Assembly: GCA_017395555.1 (NCBI GenBank)
Contig: JAFPUE010000074.1
Span: forward strand, 10,005 to 74,004
DNA: 64,000 bases
Origin: Ruminiclostridium sp.
GTDB lineage: Bacteria; Bacillota; Clostridia; Oscillospirales; Ruminococcaceae
Direction: 5' to 3'
In this document: piece after piece, positions 28,960 to 38,752 of the stretch
Layout: each line of letters opens with the position of its first letter
How positions within the stretch are numbered: position 1 is the first letter of the stretch
The notes under the pieces: generated by a model
Database searches by the model: none
What the model saw: only the letters and a program-made list of their open reading frames with translations
What the model was told of the DNA's origin: nothing
Position numbers and translations under genes: made by a program

Positions 28960-29610
28960 ATGGCTGAAAAAAAGCAAAAAAAAGAAGACAGATCGGCTGC
29001 AGGCTATTACAATCTTAAAACAGACGCCGTTGATCGTCTGGTGGACACAAAGAACGCACCGGAGGTCAGCGACGAGGAGATCGGAAAGTACACATCGAAA
29101 AAGAAATTCCATATCCCGATGTGGCTGAAGATCCTGTTTGTAAAGTTCTGGTTTGCGGGGGCGGTCTGTTATTTTTTCCTCTGGGGACTCGGAATGTATC
29201 TGCGCGGGATAGATCTTATGGTAGTTCTCGCGGTGGGTCTCGGAGTAGTGACCGATCTTATGGTGAACCGAGCTCTGCGGCATTTTGAAAGAGAGCAGGG
29301 CGAGAACGACAAATGGATCATGGTGACCGTCAGAAAGTTCTGGTCCATATTCCTGAACGTGCTCTATGCGGGAGTTCTGCTGTACTGCGTTTTCCGCACA
29401 TACTATTCGATAAATATGATGCTCGGCGTGAATGCCGGTGCGGACGCGTCGGAGGAGGTAGCGATGCTCGGCGTTGAGCCGATACTGTTCGGGCTGTTCT
29501 ATCTCGGATTCGATATGCTGTTCATATTAGCCAAAAGAACGATCGTAAGCGTCTTCCGCGACGCGGCGGCAAAGACCTCCGGGGGCGGGAAACAAAAGGA
29601 GAACCAATGA
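28960..29610 (+). CDS. Uncharacterised membrane protein (about 4 TM)
   Basis: Charged N-terminus then hydrophobic helices (KFWFAGAVCYFFLWGLG, GVEPILFGLFY); ATGA overlap with GH28. Confidence 0.75.
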   Translation: MAEKKQKKEDRSAAGYYNLKTDAVDRLVDTKNAPEVSDEEIGKYTSKKKFHIPMWLKILFVKFWFAGAVCYFFLWGLGMYLRGIDLMVVLAVGLGVVTDLMVNRALRHFEREQGENDKWIMVTVRKFWSIFLNVLYAGVLLYCVFRTYYSINMMLGVNAGADASEEVAMLGVEPILFGLFYLGFDMLFILAKRTIVSVFRDAAAKTSGGGKQKENQ

Positions 29611-31148
29611 TAAGAACACTGTTTGCGGGTCCCACGAGCGCCTGCTTTGAGACAGATAACAAAACCGCGTATTTCAGCAGGTGCGAATATACCGTGACGC
29701 TTGACGGAAAAGAGCAGTTCACCGCGGATACGAATGTATTCTCGCTGTTCGGGCTTCTGCCGGACCGTGAATATGAGCTTGCGGTAACGGGGCATGAGCC
29801 GCTGAAATTCAGGACTGCCGCCGAGACCTGCGCGGTGAATGTCAGGGATTTCGGTGCAGCCGGAGACGGTGCTGCCGACGATACGCAAAGCATACAGACC
29901 GCCGTAAACTGCCTGCCCGCGGGAGGAAGACTGTATTTCCCCGATGGCGTGTATTACACGGCTCCGATATGCCTGAAAAGCCACATTACGATCGAGCTTT
30001 CGGAGAAGGCGGTGCTGCTCGGACACACCGATCAGTCGCGCTATCCGGTCATTCCCGGCGAGCTTAATGACCTCGTAACGGGCGAGTCGGTGCATTTCGG
30101 CGCTTGGGAAGGCAACGCGGTGCCGATGCATCAGGCGCTGCTGTTTGCGGAGTACGCCGAGGATATCCGTATAGTCGGAAGAGGTACGGTTGACGGCAAC
30201 GCGCGCAGCGGCGGCTGGTGGGAAAATGTCAAGGACAGGAAGATACCGCGTCCGAGACTTATCTTCTTCAACCGCTGCAAGGATATCACGATACACGGGA
30301 TCACGGCGCAGAACGCCGCTTCGTGGCAGCTCCACCCGTATTTTTCGGAGCATATCGACTTCCTCGATCTTGCGGTGAACGCGCCGAAGGACAGCCCGAA
30401 CACCGACGCTATGGACCCGGAAGCCTGCGACAACGTGAACATCATAGGCTGCCGTTTCAGCGTGGGCGACGACTGCATAGCGATAAAGTCGGGCAAGATA
30501 GAGCTCGGCAGGAAATATAAGCGTCCCGCGAGCCGCCATACGATACGCAACTGCGTGATGCGGTTCGGACACGGCGCGATAACGCTCGGAAGCGAAATGG
30601 CGGGCGGAGTGAAGGATCTCACAGTCGAGCGCTGCTTATTCGAGCTTACCGATCGCGGCATACGCATAAAGACCCGCCGCGGAAGAGGAAAGGATGCCGT
30701 CATCGACGGGGTTCTGTTCGAGAATGTGAAAATGGACGGGGTGCTCACGCCGATAGTCATAAATATGTGGTACAACTGCTGTGACCCGGACAGATACTCG
30801 GAGTACAACACGACACGCGAGAAGCTGCCGGTGGACGACAGAACGCCGTACCTCGGCAAGTTCGGGTTCAGAGATATGCAGTGCCTCAACTGCCATGTCG
30901 CGGCGTGCTACTGCGACGGGCTGCCGGAAATGCCTATCGATGAGATAACGCTCGAAAACATAGATTTCACCTATGACCCCTCCGCACAGCCCGGATATCC
31001 TTCAATGAAGAACAACAACGAGCTGCTGTGCAGGGCGGGAATGTATTTTGACAACGTAAGAAAGCTTACGGTCAGAAATGTCCGTGTCGAGGGCTGCGAG
31101 GGCGACGAGCTCATCGCACATAACGTGGGGGAGCTGATCAGGGAGTAA
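29607..31148 (+). CDS. Glycoside hydrolase family 28 (exo-polygalacturonase-like), no signal peptide
   Basis: NVRDFGAAGDG, NTD, GDD, GHG and RIK motifs; short N-terminal FnIII-like extension. Confidence 0.93.
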   Translation: MIRTLFAGPTSACFETDNKTAYFSRCEYTVTLDGKEQFTADTNVFSLFGLLPDREYELAVTGHEPLKFRTAAETCAVNVRDFGAAGDGAADDTQSIQTAVNCLPAGGRLYFPDGVYYTAPICLKSHITIELSEKAVLLGHTDQSRYPVIPGELNDLVTGESVHFGAWEGNAVPMHQALLFAEYAEDIRIVGRGTVDGNARSGGWWENVKDRKIPRPRLIFFNRCKDITIHGITAQNAASWQLHPYFSEHIDFLDLAVNAPKDSPNTDAMDPEACDNVNIIGCRFSVGDDCIAIKSGKIELGRKYKRPASRHTIRNCVMRFGHGAITLGSEMAGGVKDLTVERCLFELTDRGIRIKTRRGRGKDAVIDGVLFENVKMDGVLTPIVINMWYNCCDPDRYSEYNTTREKLPVDDRTPYLGKFGFRDMQCLNCHVAACYCDGLPEMPIDEITLENIDFTYDPSAQPGYPSMKNNNELLCRAGMYFDNVRKLTVRNVRVEGCEGDELIAHNVGELIRE

Positions 31149-32287
31149 TGATGTACAAGGATATTGAAAACTATATCGACAGGCTTATAGAGGGCTCTAC
31201 GCCGGACAAGCCGCTCTGGAATATCGAATCCATACTTGAGGGCAAGCCCCTGAAGTGGAACTACATAGACGGGTGCATGATAACCGCGCTGCTGTCCGCG
31301 GCGGAGATAACCGGAGAACGGAAATACTCGGACTTCGCGGAGCGCTTCATAGACTTTTATGTGCGCGATGACGGCTCGCTGCTCGGCTATTCCATGGAAA
31401 ACTACAACCTTGACGATGTGAACGAGGGCAGAGTGCTGTTCGATCTTTACAGATCCACCGGCAAGGAAAAGTACAGAAAGGCGATCGGACTTCTGCGTGA
31501 GCAGCTCGAAAAGCAGCCGCGCACGAATACCGGCAATTTCTGGCACAAGAAGGTATATACCGATCAGATCTGGCTGGACGGGCTTTATATGGCGCAGGTG
31601 TTCTACGTCAGATATCAGAAGGAATTCGGCGGCGGGGACTACTCCGACACGATGTCGCAGATACGCAATGTCCGCAGATATATGTTCGACGAGAACAAGA
31701 AGCTGCTGTATCACGGGCTCGACTGCTCGAAAAAAATATTCTGGGCGGATAAGGAGACCGGACTTTCCAAAAACTTCTGGCTCCGTGCCATCGGCTGGTT
31801 CACCGTGGCGCTGGCGGATATCATTGATTATATCGACAACGAAGAAAACAGGGAAGAGCTCTGCGGCATTTTCCGCGAGGTCATCGATGGCATAGCGCAG
31901 TACGCAGACCCGGATATCGGTATGTTCTGGCAGGTAGTCGATCAGGGCGGACGCGAGGGCAACTACCTCGAAGCGAGCGGCAGCAGCATGATAGCATACG
32001 CGATGATGAAAGGGGCGCGGCTCGGCGTTCTCGATGAGAAATACGCGGCGCAGGGCAAGAAGACCTTCGACGGCATCTGCAAAAAATATCTGAAAATAAA
32101 CGAAGCCGGAGAGCTGAACCTCGGCGGAATCTGCCTTATGGCGGGGCTCGGACCCGACGACAACAGGACCCGCGACGGCAGCTTTGAGTATTACATTTCC
32201 GAGCCGGTGGTAGAGAACGACGCGAAGGGCGTTGCACCGTTCGTGCTCTGCTACACCGAGGTAAAACGCCAGCTCGCGGATAAATGA
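31148..32287 (+). CDS. Unsaturated (rhamno)galacturonyl hydrolase, GH105 (YteR-like)
   Basis: WNYIDG, YNLDD, FWHK, WLDGLYM, LLYHG, FWLRAIGW, NYLEASGS. Confidence 0.92.
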   Translation: MMYKDIENYIDRLIEGSTPDKPLWNIESILEGKPLKWNYIDGCMITALLSAAEITGERKYSDFAERFIDFYVRDDGSLLGYSMENYNLDDVNEGRVLFDLYRSTGKEKYRKAIGLLREQLEKQPRTNTGNFWHKKVYTDQIWLDGLYMAQVFYVRYQKEFGGGDYSDTMSQIRNVRRYMFDENKKLLYHGLDCSKKIFWADKETGLSKNFWLRAIGWFTVALADIIDYIDNEENREELCGIFREVIDGIAQYADPDIGMFWQVVDQGGREGNYLEASGSSMIAYAMMKGARLGVLDEKYAAQGKKTFDGICKKYLKINEAGELNLGGICLMAGLGPDDNRTRDGSFEYYISEPVVENDAKGVAPFVLCYTEVKRQLADK

Positions 32288-32347
32288 ACGTTCCGGGGAT
32301 TTGCAGTCCCGGCAACGCAGGACGATCTGCAAAAAGGTAAGACTGAA

Positions 32348-33751
32348 ATGAAAAGAATAAAGATCGCGTATATAGGCGGCGGCTCGAAGATGTGGGCGAG
32401 AGTTTTCATGAACGATCTCGCGCTCGCGGACGGGCTCTGCGGTGAGATAGCGCTGTACGATATAGACATTCCCGCCGCTCGGACAAACAAGCGTATCGGC
32501 GAGCGCATAAACGCCGCGCCGGAGACTGTCTCGAAGTGGGATTATACGGTATGCCCGGAGATAGGGGACGCGCTTGACGGTGCGGATTTCGTTATCTGCT
32601 CCATTCTGCCGGGTACGTTCGACGAAATGGAAGCCGACGTGCATCTCCCCGAAAAGTACGGGATATATCAGTCCGTCGGCGATACGGTAGGCCCCGGCGG
32701 AGTGCTCCGCGCAATGCGCACGGTGCCGATATACGAGGGCTTCGCGCGTGAGATCAAGGAGCACTGCCCCGATGCGTGGGTGCTCAACCTCACCAACCCG
32801 ATGACCGCCTGCACAAAGACGCTTTACGATGTATTCCCGGAGATAAAGGCTTTCGGCTGCTGTCACGAGGTATTCCATGCGCAGGAATTTCTGTGCTGCG
32901 CTGCGCACGAGATACTCGGCGTACCCAGACCGAAGCGGCAGGAAATTGTAAGCGATGCCTGCGGTATAAACCATTTCACATGGATAACCGAGGCGCAGTA
33001 CAACGGCGTTGACCTGCTGAAAATACTTCCGGAATTTATAGACAGGTTCTATGAGAAAGGCTACTGCGAGCGCGAGGGTATCGCGCCGGACGGCTTCCGG
33101 GACGATCCGTTCCTGTACGGGAACAAGGTAAAAATGGATCTGTTCGGGCGGTTCGGAGTTCTCGCGGCTGCGGGGGACAGGCACCTTGTCGAGTTTATGA
33201 ACAACTCGTGGTACATAAAGGACAAGGCGGACGCGGAAAGGTGGCTCTACCACCTGACTGCCGTGGATTTCCGCAGGAAGGACGGGGCGCAGAAGATTGA
33301 GCTTTCCCGCCGCATAGCCGACGGCACCGAAAAGCCGGCGGTCACAAAAAGCGACGAGGAAGTCGTGGAGCTGATGAAGGCTCTGCTCGGGCTGATACCG
33401 CCGAAGGTGTCCAACGCGAATGTGCCGAATGTAGGACAGATGAGCGGGCTGCCGCCGGGTTCGGTGGTAGAGACGAACTGCGTATTCTCGCAGAACAGCC
33501 TGAAACCGATAGTCTCAAAGCCGCTCCCGGACGAGGTGAACGCGCTTGTTTCAAGAAACGCGTTCAACATCGAGAACACATATTACGGCATTAAGAACCG
33601 TGACCTTCGCATGATATTCGAGGCGTTCGTAAACCAGCCGCTGTGCAGCTGCCTGACGCTCTCCGACGCGCGTGAGCTGTTCGGCGCTATGACCGCCGCG
33701 ACGGAGAAATATCTGAAGGACTATTACCCGACATTGAGGCTGACAAAGTGA
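32348..33751 (+). CDS. Glycoside hydrolase family 4, alpha-galacturonidase-type (LplD-like)
   Basis: IAYIGGGS, PEKYGIYQSVGDTVGPGG, NLTNPM, GCCHEV (CHEV signature of GH4 galacturonidases), GINHFTW. Confidence 0.88.
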   Translation: MKRIKIAYIGGGSKMWARVFMNDLALADGLCGEIALYDIDIPAARTNKRIGERINAAPETVSKWDYTVCPEIGDALDGADFVICSILPGTFDEMEADVHLPEKYGIYQSVGDTVGPGGVLRAMRTVPIYEGFAREIKEHCPDAWVLNLTNPMTACTKTLYDVFPEIKAFGCCHEVFHAQEFLCCAAHEILGVPRPKRQEIVSDACGINHFTWITEAQYNGVDLLKILPEFIDRFYEKGYCEREGIAPDGFRDDPFLYGNKVKMDLFGRFGVLAAAGDRHLVEFMNNSWYIKDKADAERWLYHLTAVDFRRKDGAQKIELSRRIADGTEKPAVTKSDEEVVELMKALLGLIPPKVSNANVPNVGQMSGLPPGSVVETNCVFSQNSLKPIVSKPLPDEVNALVSRNAFNIENTYYGIKNRDLRMIFEAFVNQPLCSCLTLSDARELFGAMTAATEKYLKDYYPTLRLTK

Positions 33752-34746
33752 TCGACGCGTTTATTTTTGCGGCAAATTCCGTACTTCCGATAGTATTTCT
33801 GATAGTCACGGGCTATGTGCTCAAAAGGATAGGGCTGCTGACGAAGGAATTTCTCGATGTCGGCAACAAGCTCACCTTCCGGGTGCTGCTGCCGGTAATG
33901 CTGTTCTGCAACGTGTACGGCATAGAGCGTATCGGGGATATAAATCTCGGGTTTGTGCTGTACGGTATCATCGGAATTGTCGCGGTATTCCTACTGGCAG
34001 TTTTCGTCTGCTGTATGTTCACAAAGGACACTGCGAAGCGCGGTGTGCTGATACAGGGCGTGTTCCGCTCGAACTACGCGATAATAGGTATCCCGCTCGC
34101 GATATCGCTGTTCGGTGAAAAGGCAGCCGCGTCCGCGGGAGTTATGTCGGCATTCTGTGTGCCGCTGTTCAATATCCTCGCCGTGGTGACGCTCACGATA
34201 TTCAACGGGAATGTCGAAAAGCACAGGGTGGATGTAAAGAAGATACTGCTCGGTATCGTGAAAAACCCGCTCATAATCGGAACTGTCGCGGGACTTGCGG
34301 CACTGTGCATACGCGAGATATTTATGATGTGCGACATAGGCTTCCGGCTGAGCGGCATCACGATAATCTATAAACCGCTCGAAAGCATAAAGTCGATTTG
34401 CACGCCGTTTGCGCTTATCGTGCTCGGCGGAAGATTCGAGTTTTCGGGTGTTCCGAAGCTGTGGAAGGAGATCGTTTTCGGCACCGTAACAAGAACGGTG
34501 GCGGTCCCTCTGCTCGGACTTGTCGGAGCGTATATGCTCCGGAATATCCTTAATTTGACGGGTGAGCATTTTGCCTCCTATGTGGGTGTTTTCGCAACCC
34601 CCGTAGCGGTCTCCTCCGCGATCATGGCAAAGGAGATGGGAGCCGATGACGAGCTTGCCGGACAGCTTGTGGTATGGACAAGTCTTGTCAGCACTTTCAC
34701 AATATTTATCTGTGTGACGATACTTGTCATGCTTGGAGTTTTCTGA
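33748..34746 (+). CDS. AEC (auxin efflux carrier-like) family transporter
   Basis: NKLTFRVLLP, FRSNYAIIGIP, KNPLIIG, PFALIVLG, TPVAVSS..MA..MG.D..LA; about 10 TM. Confidence 0.88.
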   Translation: MIDAFIFAANSVLPIVFLIVTGYVLKRIGLLTKEFLDVGNKLTFRVLLPVMLFCNVYGIERIGDINLGFVLYGIIGIVAVFLLAVFVCCMFTKDTAKRGVLIQGVFRSNYAIIGIPLAISLFGEKAAASAGVMSAFCVPLFNILAVVTLTIFNGNVEKHRVDVKKILLGIVKNPLIIGTVAGLAALCIREIFMMCDIGFRLSGITIIYKPLESIKSICTPFALIVLGGRFEFSGVPKLWKEIVFGTVTRTVAVPLLGLVGAYMLRNILNLTGEHFASYVGVFATPVAVSSAIMAKEMGADDELAGQLVVWTSLVSTFTIFICVTILVMLGVF

Positions 34747-34749
34747 CGG

Positions 34750-34818
34750 AATATATCCGTTTTGTCCATAAAGCGAAACGGTTTTGTTATCGCTTTTACA
34801 GAGGTTTGGATTTAAAAT
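34750..34818 (+). promoter_or_regulatory. Promoter of the kduD operon with shared 21-bp motif
   Basis: AATATATCCGTTTTGTCCATA (34750-34770), 42 nt, then TAAAAT (34813-34818). Confidence 0.65.
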
Positions 34819-34868
34819 AGAATACAGGAAGATCCGGAAAGGATCAGAAAAAAACGGAGGTAAAAAAT

Positions 34869-35624
34869 ATGATACTTGATATGTTCAGTTTAAGCGGAAA
34901 AGTCGCTGTCGTGACCGGAAGCAACACAGGTCTCGGACAGGGCATCTCGAAGGCGTTCGTTGAAGCGGGAGCAAAGGTGCTCGGCGTTTTAAGATCTCCG
35001 AGTGACGATACACAGAAAATGCTCGGCGAGGAGAACTTCTCCTACATAACAGCCGATCTCTCGTCCCTTGACCCCGTTGATACGATCATAAACACGGCTG
35101 TCGAAAAGTACGGCAGACTCGATATTCTCGTGAACAACGCCGGTATCATAAAGCGTGAGGACAGCATAGATTTCTCGGTTGAGAACTGGGACGTCGTAAT
35201 GAACACCAACTGCCGCACCCTCTTCTTCCTTTCACAGGCAGCCGCGAGACAGTTCATAAAGCAGAACAGCGGCGGCAAGATAATCTCCGTTGCAAGTATG
35301 CTCTCCTATCAGGGCGGCATACGCGTTCCGAGCTACACCGCGAGCAAATCCGCGGTCAAGGGCATCACAATGACTATGGCGAATGAATGGGCGAAGCACG
35401 GCATAAACGTAAATGCTATCGCTCCCGGATATATGGCAACAAACAACACCGAGGCTCTGCGCAACGACGCGGACAGAAGCGCGGCTATACTTGAAAGAAT
35501 ACCCGCCGGCAGATGGGGAACTCCCGACGATCTCATGGGCGCTGCGGTATTCCTCGCGTCCTCCGCGAGCGACTATGTGAACGGCTTCACGCTCGCAGTT
35601 GACGGCGGCTGGCTTGCGCGGTAA
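34869..35624 (+). CDS. kduD: 2-dehydro-3-deoxy-D-gluconate 5-dehydrogenase
   Basis: SDR motifs TGSNTGLG and NNAG, plus SMLSYQGGIRVPSYTASKS, NEWA, IPAGRWG, VDGGWLAR. Confidence 0.94.
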   Translation: MILDMFSLSGKVAVVTGSNTGLGQGISKAFVEAGAKVLGVLRSPSDDTQKMLGEENFSYITADLSSLDPVDTIINTAVEKYGRLDILVNNAGIIKREDSIDFSVENWDVVMNTNCRTLFFLSQAAARQFIKQNSGGKIISVASMLSYQGGIRVPSYTASKSAVKGITMTMANEWAKHGINVNAIAPGYMATNNTEALRNDADRSAAILERIPAGRWGTPDDLMGAAVFLASSASDYVNGFTLAVDGGWLAR

Positions 35625-35800
35625 GCGCCTTCGCGCGAGAGAGCGCCTTCGCGCGTCTTATGCTGCACGAAGCAGCAACGTGTTCGCCCAAAGCGCGCAC
35701 GATGCGCGCTTATAAAACGAACACGAGCAGACAAGTTCTGGGGCTCTGCCCCCGTCCCCGCAAGCCCTTTGCAAAGGGCTTGATCCTAAACCGTTTTGAC
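35624..35800. repeat. REP-like intergenic element
   Basis: AGCGCCTTCGCGCG twice (35624, 35642), then hairpins GGGC-TCT-GCCC and CAAGCCCTTTG-CAAAGGGCTTG. Confidence 0.55.
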
Positions 35801-35860
35801 CTTTTAACAGGATTAGTGGAAATGTAGAAAAACGAACAAAATTTGGAGGATGATATAGAA

Positions 35861-36832
35861 ATGGACAACACAAAATTTCTCGAACAGCTTGAATGTACGG
35901 GTATCGTGCCTGTCATCAAGCTGGAAAATACCGCAGACGCGGTAAATCTCGCAAAAGCTCTCTACGACGGCGGCATACGCTGCGCAGAGGTAACATTCCG
36001 TGCCGAGGGTGCGGACAAGGTAATTTCGGATATGGTCAAGGCGTACCCCGATATGCTCGTCGGTGCCGGAACCGTGCTCACAACGGACCAGTGCGACAGA
36101 GCGATAGAAGCGGGCGCAAAGTTCTGCGTTGCTCCGGGACTTAATCCGAAGGTAGTCGAGCATTGCCTTAACAAGGGAGTTCCGTTCACACCCGGCGTTG
36201 CGAACGGCTCGCAGATAGAGCAGGCAATGGAGCTCGGACTTGATTTCGTGAAATTCTTCCCGGCTGAGCAGGCAGGCGGACTTCCGTACATCAAGGCGAT
36301 ATCGGCTCCCTATTCGTCAATGAAATTCATGCCCACGGGCGGCGTGAACGAGAACAATCTCAACACCTACCTCGCGTTCAGGAAGATAGTATGCTGCGGC
36401 GGAAGCTGGATAGTTCCCGACAAGCTCGTAAAGGCGGGCAAGTGGGACGAGATAACCGCGCTCTGCCGTTCGGCAGTGAACAAGATGCTCGGCTTCTCGG
36501 TTGCGCACATAGGCATAAACTGCGAAAACGAGGACGAGGCTGCGAAAGTTTCCGGCTGCTTTGAGAAGATGTTCGGCTGGGAGCAGAAGCCCGGCAACAG
36601 CAGCATTTTCTCCGACTCGCTCATCGAGTGCATGAAGTCCCCGTTCAAGGGCGCGAAGGGTCATATCGCGGTAAGCTGCAACAGCGTTCGCAGAGCGGTA
36701 TATCAGCTCGGCAATCAGGGCGTTGAATTTGATCTGTCCACCGCGAAGTATGACGCGGACGGCAGAATGACAGTCGTTTATCTGAAGGAAGAATTCGGCG
36801 GATTTGCGATACATCTTGTAGAGAAAAAGTAA
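35861..36832 (+). CDS. eda: KDPG/KHG aldolase with C-terminal VOC/glyoxalase-like extension
   Basis: EVTFR, VGAGTV, KFFPAE..GG, FMPTGGV, GGSW; about 110 extra residues (AHIGIN...GHIAV...GGFAIHL). Confidence 0.9.
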   Translation: MDNTKFLEQLECTGIVPVIKLENTADAVNLAKALYDGGIRCAEVTFRAEGADKVISDMVKAYPDMLVGAGTVLTTDQCDRAIEAGAKFCVAPGLNPKVVEHCLNKGVPFTPGVANGSQIEQAMELGLDFVKFFPAEQAGGLPYIKAISAPYSSMKFMPTGGVNENNLNTYLAFRKIVCCGGSWIVPDKLVKAGKWDEITALCRSAVNKMLGFSVAHIGINCENEDEAAKVSGCFEKMFGWEQKPGNSSIFSDSLIECMKSPFKGAKGHIAVSCNSVRRAVYQLGNQGVEFDLSTAKYDADGRMTVVYLKEEFGGFAIHLVEKK

Positions 36833-36873
36833 CCGGAAATACGATAAAATTATAATCAAGGAGAATGTTCAAA

Positions 36874-37905
36874 ATGTCAAAGATAGTAACAATGGGCGAG
36901 ATCATGCTCAGACTTTCCACACCCAACAACGAAAAGTTCATACAGGCAGATGAATTTGATATCAACTACGGCGGCGGCGAGGCGAATGTCGCTGTGTCGC
37001 TCGCAAATTACGGTCACGACGCTGAATTTATCACCGCCGTTCCGGACAACCCGATCGGTATGTGCGCGATAGCGGCGCTCCGCAAGTACGGCGTTGAGAC
37101 AAAGCACATCGCGAAGTGCGGCGAGAGACTCGGAATTTACTTCCTTGAGACCGGCGCTTCGATGAGAGCGTCGAATGTCGTTTACGACAGAGCACATTCC
37201 TCGATAGCGACAGCCGACGCGTCGAAGTTCAACTTTGACGAGATATTCGAGGGCGCGGACTGGTTCCACTTCACCGGCATCACTCCCGCTATCTCCGATC
37301 TTGCCGCGGAAGTCACCGAGGAAGCTCTGAAAGCCGCAAAGAAGCACGGCGTAACCGTTTCCTGCGATCTCAATTTCCGCAAGAAGCTGTGGTCCTCCGA
37401 GAAGGCGCAGAAGGTAATGACAAACCTCATGAAGTATGTTGATGTCTGCATCGGCAACGAGGAGGACGCGGAGAAGGTGCTTGGCTTCAAGCCCGGCAAC
37501 ACCGATGTAACAAAGGGTGACCTTGAGCTGGCGGGATATGTTGATATCTTCGGCAGAATGATAGATCAGTTCGGATTTAAGTATGTGATCTCCTCTCTGC
37601 GTGAGAGCCATTCCGCGTCGAACAACGACTGGTCCGCGTGCATAATGGAAGGCAAGACCAAGGAGTTCTACCACTCCAGAAAGTACAACATCAATCCCAT
37701 CGTTGACCGTGTGGGCGGCGGAGATTCCTTCGCGGGCGGACTTATCTGCGGACTGTGCGACGGCAAGGATTTCAGGGCTGCGCTGGAATTTGCGGTAGCC
37801 GCTTCCGCGCTCAAGCACACTATCCCCGGCGACTTCAACCTCGTTACCCGTGCGGATGTTGAGACACTTGCGGGCGGCGACGCTTCGGGAAGAGTTCAGA
37901 GATGA
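36874..37905 (+). CDS. kdgK: 2-dehydro-3-deoxygluconokinase (PfkB family)
   Basis: GEIMLRL, GGGEANVA, RLGIYFLE, VYDR, DLNFRKKLW, VDRVGGGDSF. Confidence 0.92.
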   Translation: MSKIVTMGEIMLRLSTPNNEKFIQADEFDINYGGGEANVAVSLANYGHDAEFITAVPDNPIGMCAIAALRKYGVETKHIAKCGERLGIYFLETGASMRASNVVYDRAHSSIATADASKFNFDEIFEGADWFHFTGITPAISDLAAEVTEEALKAAKKHGVTVSCDLNFRKKLWSSEKAQKVMTNLMKYVDVCIGNEEDAEKVLGFKPGNTDVTKGDLELAGYVDIFGRMIDQFGFKYVISSLRESHSASNNDWSACIMEGKTKEFYHSRKYNINPIVDRVGGGDSFAGGLICGLCDGKDFRAALEFAVAASALKHTIPGDFNLVTRADVETLAGGDASGRVQR

Positions 37906-38738
37906 TGAAGCTGTTTATCCGCGCGCATGATCTCGGTGTGAAGGGCGAGGAGAATATCGCAGCGAGGCTCGATGAGCTCGGACTTGACGGCGTGCAGCTC
38001 GTGGCGTACAAATGCCTTGACGGCATTTCTTACGCGCCGGGAGCCGTGACACCCGAACGTGCCGACAGCTTCCGCGAGACCTTTGAGCGTGCAGGCAAGA
38101 CGGTACCGCTGATAGGCGCGTACTTCAACCCCGTACACCCGGATGAAAACAAAATAAAGAACGGCATCGCGGTATTCAAGGATTACCTTTCGCTCGCAAA
38201 GCGATTCGGCGGTAACATCGTCGGCTCGGAAACGGGCTCCTATAACGGCGACAAGTGGACATATCACCCGCAGAACCGCACGGAGGAAGCCGTTGACCGC
38301 GTGGTGCGCACATTCTCGGAGCTCTGCGGATATGCGCAGGACTGCGGCGTGAATGTCGGCATGGAGGGCGCGTTCGGACACGTCTGCTACAACGTGAAAA
38401 CGCTGTATCGTGCCGTGAAGACCATAGGCGCGGACAATATCAGATTTATATTTGACCTGTACAATTATCTTGACGGGTCAAACATAGATAAAATGTACGA
38501 TATCCTCGAAGAGGGATTGCAGACTTTCGGAGACAGGATATGCGTATTCCACATCAAGGACTGCACCGTGAACGGGGACGGCTCCCTGAAACAGTGCGGA
38601 GTAGGCAAGGGAATATTCGACTATTACCGGATACTTTCGGAGATAAAGAAGGTCTGCCCCGACGCTGACCTTGTGTTTGAGGGAACGACGGGCGAGGATA
38701 TCGCACCCGCTGTCGCCCACATAAAAGAAAGAATGTAA
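37902..38738 (+). CDS. Sugar-phosphate isomerase/epimerase family (xylose-isomerase-like TIM barrel)
   Basis: RAHD, GAYFNPVHPD, VGSETG, FIFDLYN, FHIKD, VFEG metal-ligand pattern. Confidence 0.8.
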   Translation: MMKLFIRAHDLGVKGEENIAARLDELGLDGVQLVAYKCLDGISYAPGAVTPERADSFRETFERAGKTVPLIGAYFNPVHPDENKIKNGIAVFKDYLSLAKRFGGNIVGSETGSYNGDKWTYHPQNRTEEAVDRVVRTFSELCGYAQDCGVNVGMEGAFGHVCYNVKTLYRAVKTIGADNIRFIFDLYNYLDGSNIDKMYDILEEGLQTFGDRICVFHIKDCTVNGDGSLKQCGVGKGIFDYYRILSEIKKVCPDADLVFEGTTGEDIAPAVAHIKERM

Positions 38739-38752
38739 TTAAGGAGTTTACC

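Noticed and set aside
30971-33253. 760-aa minus-strand ORF, and similar long antisense ORFs (42021-43808, 23724-25034, 54234-55520, 58481-59854 and others)
   Set aside because: They lie opposite well-supported genes and have no motifs or RBS. They are explained by codon bias that depletes antisense stop codons.
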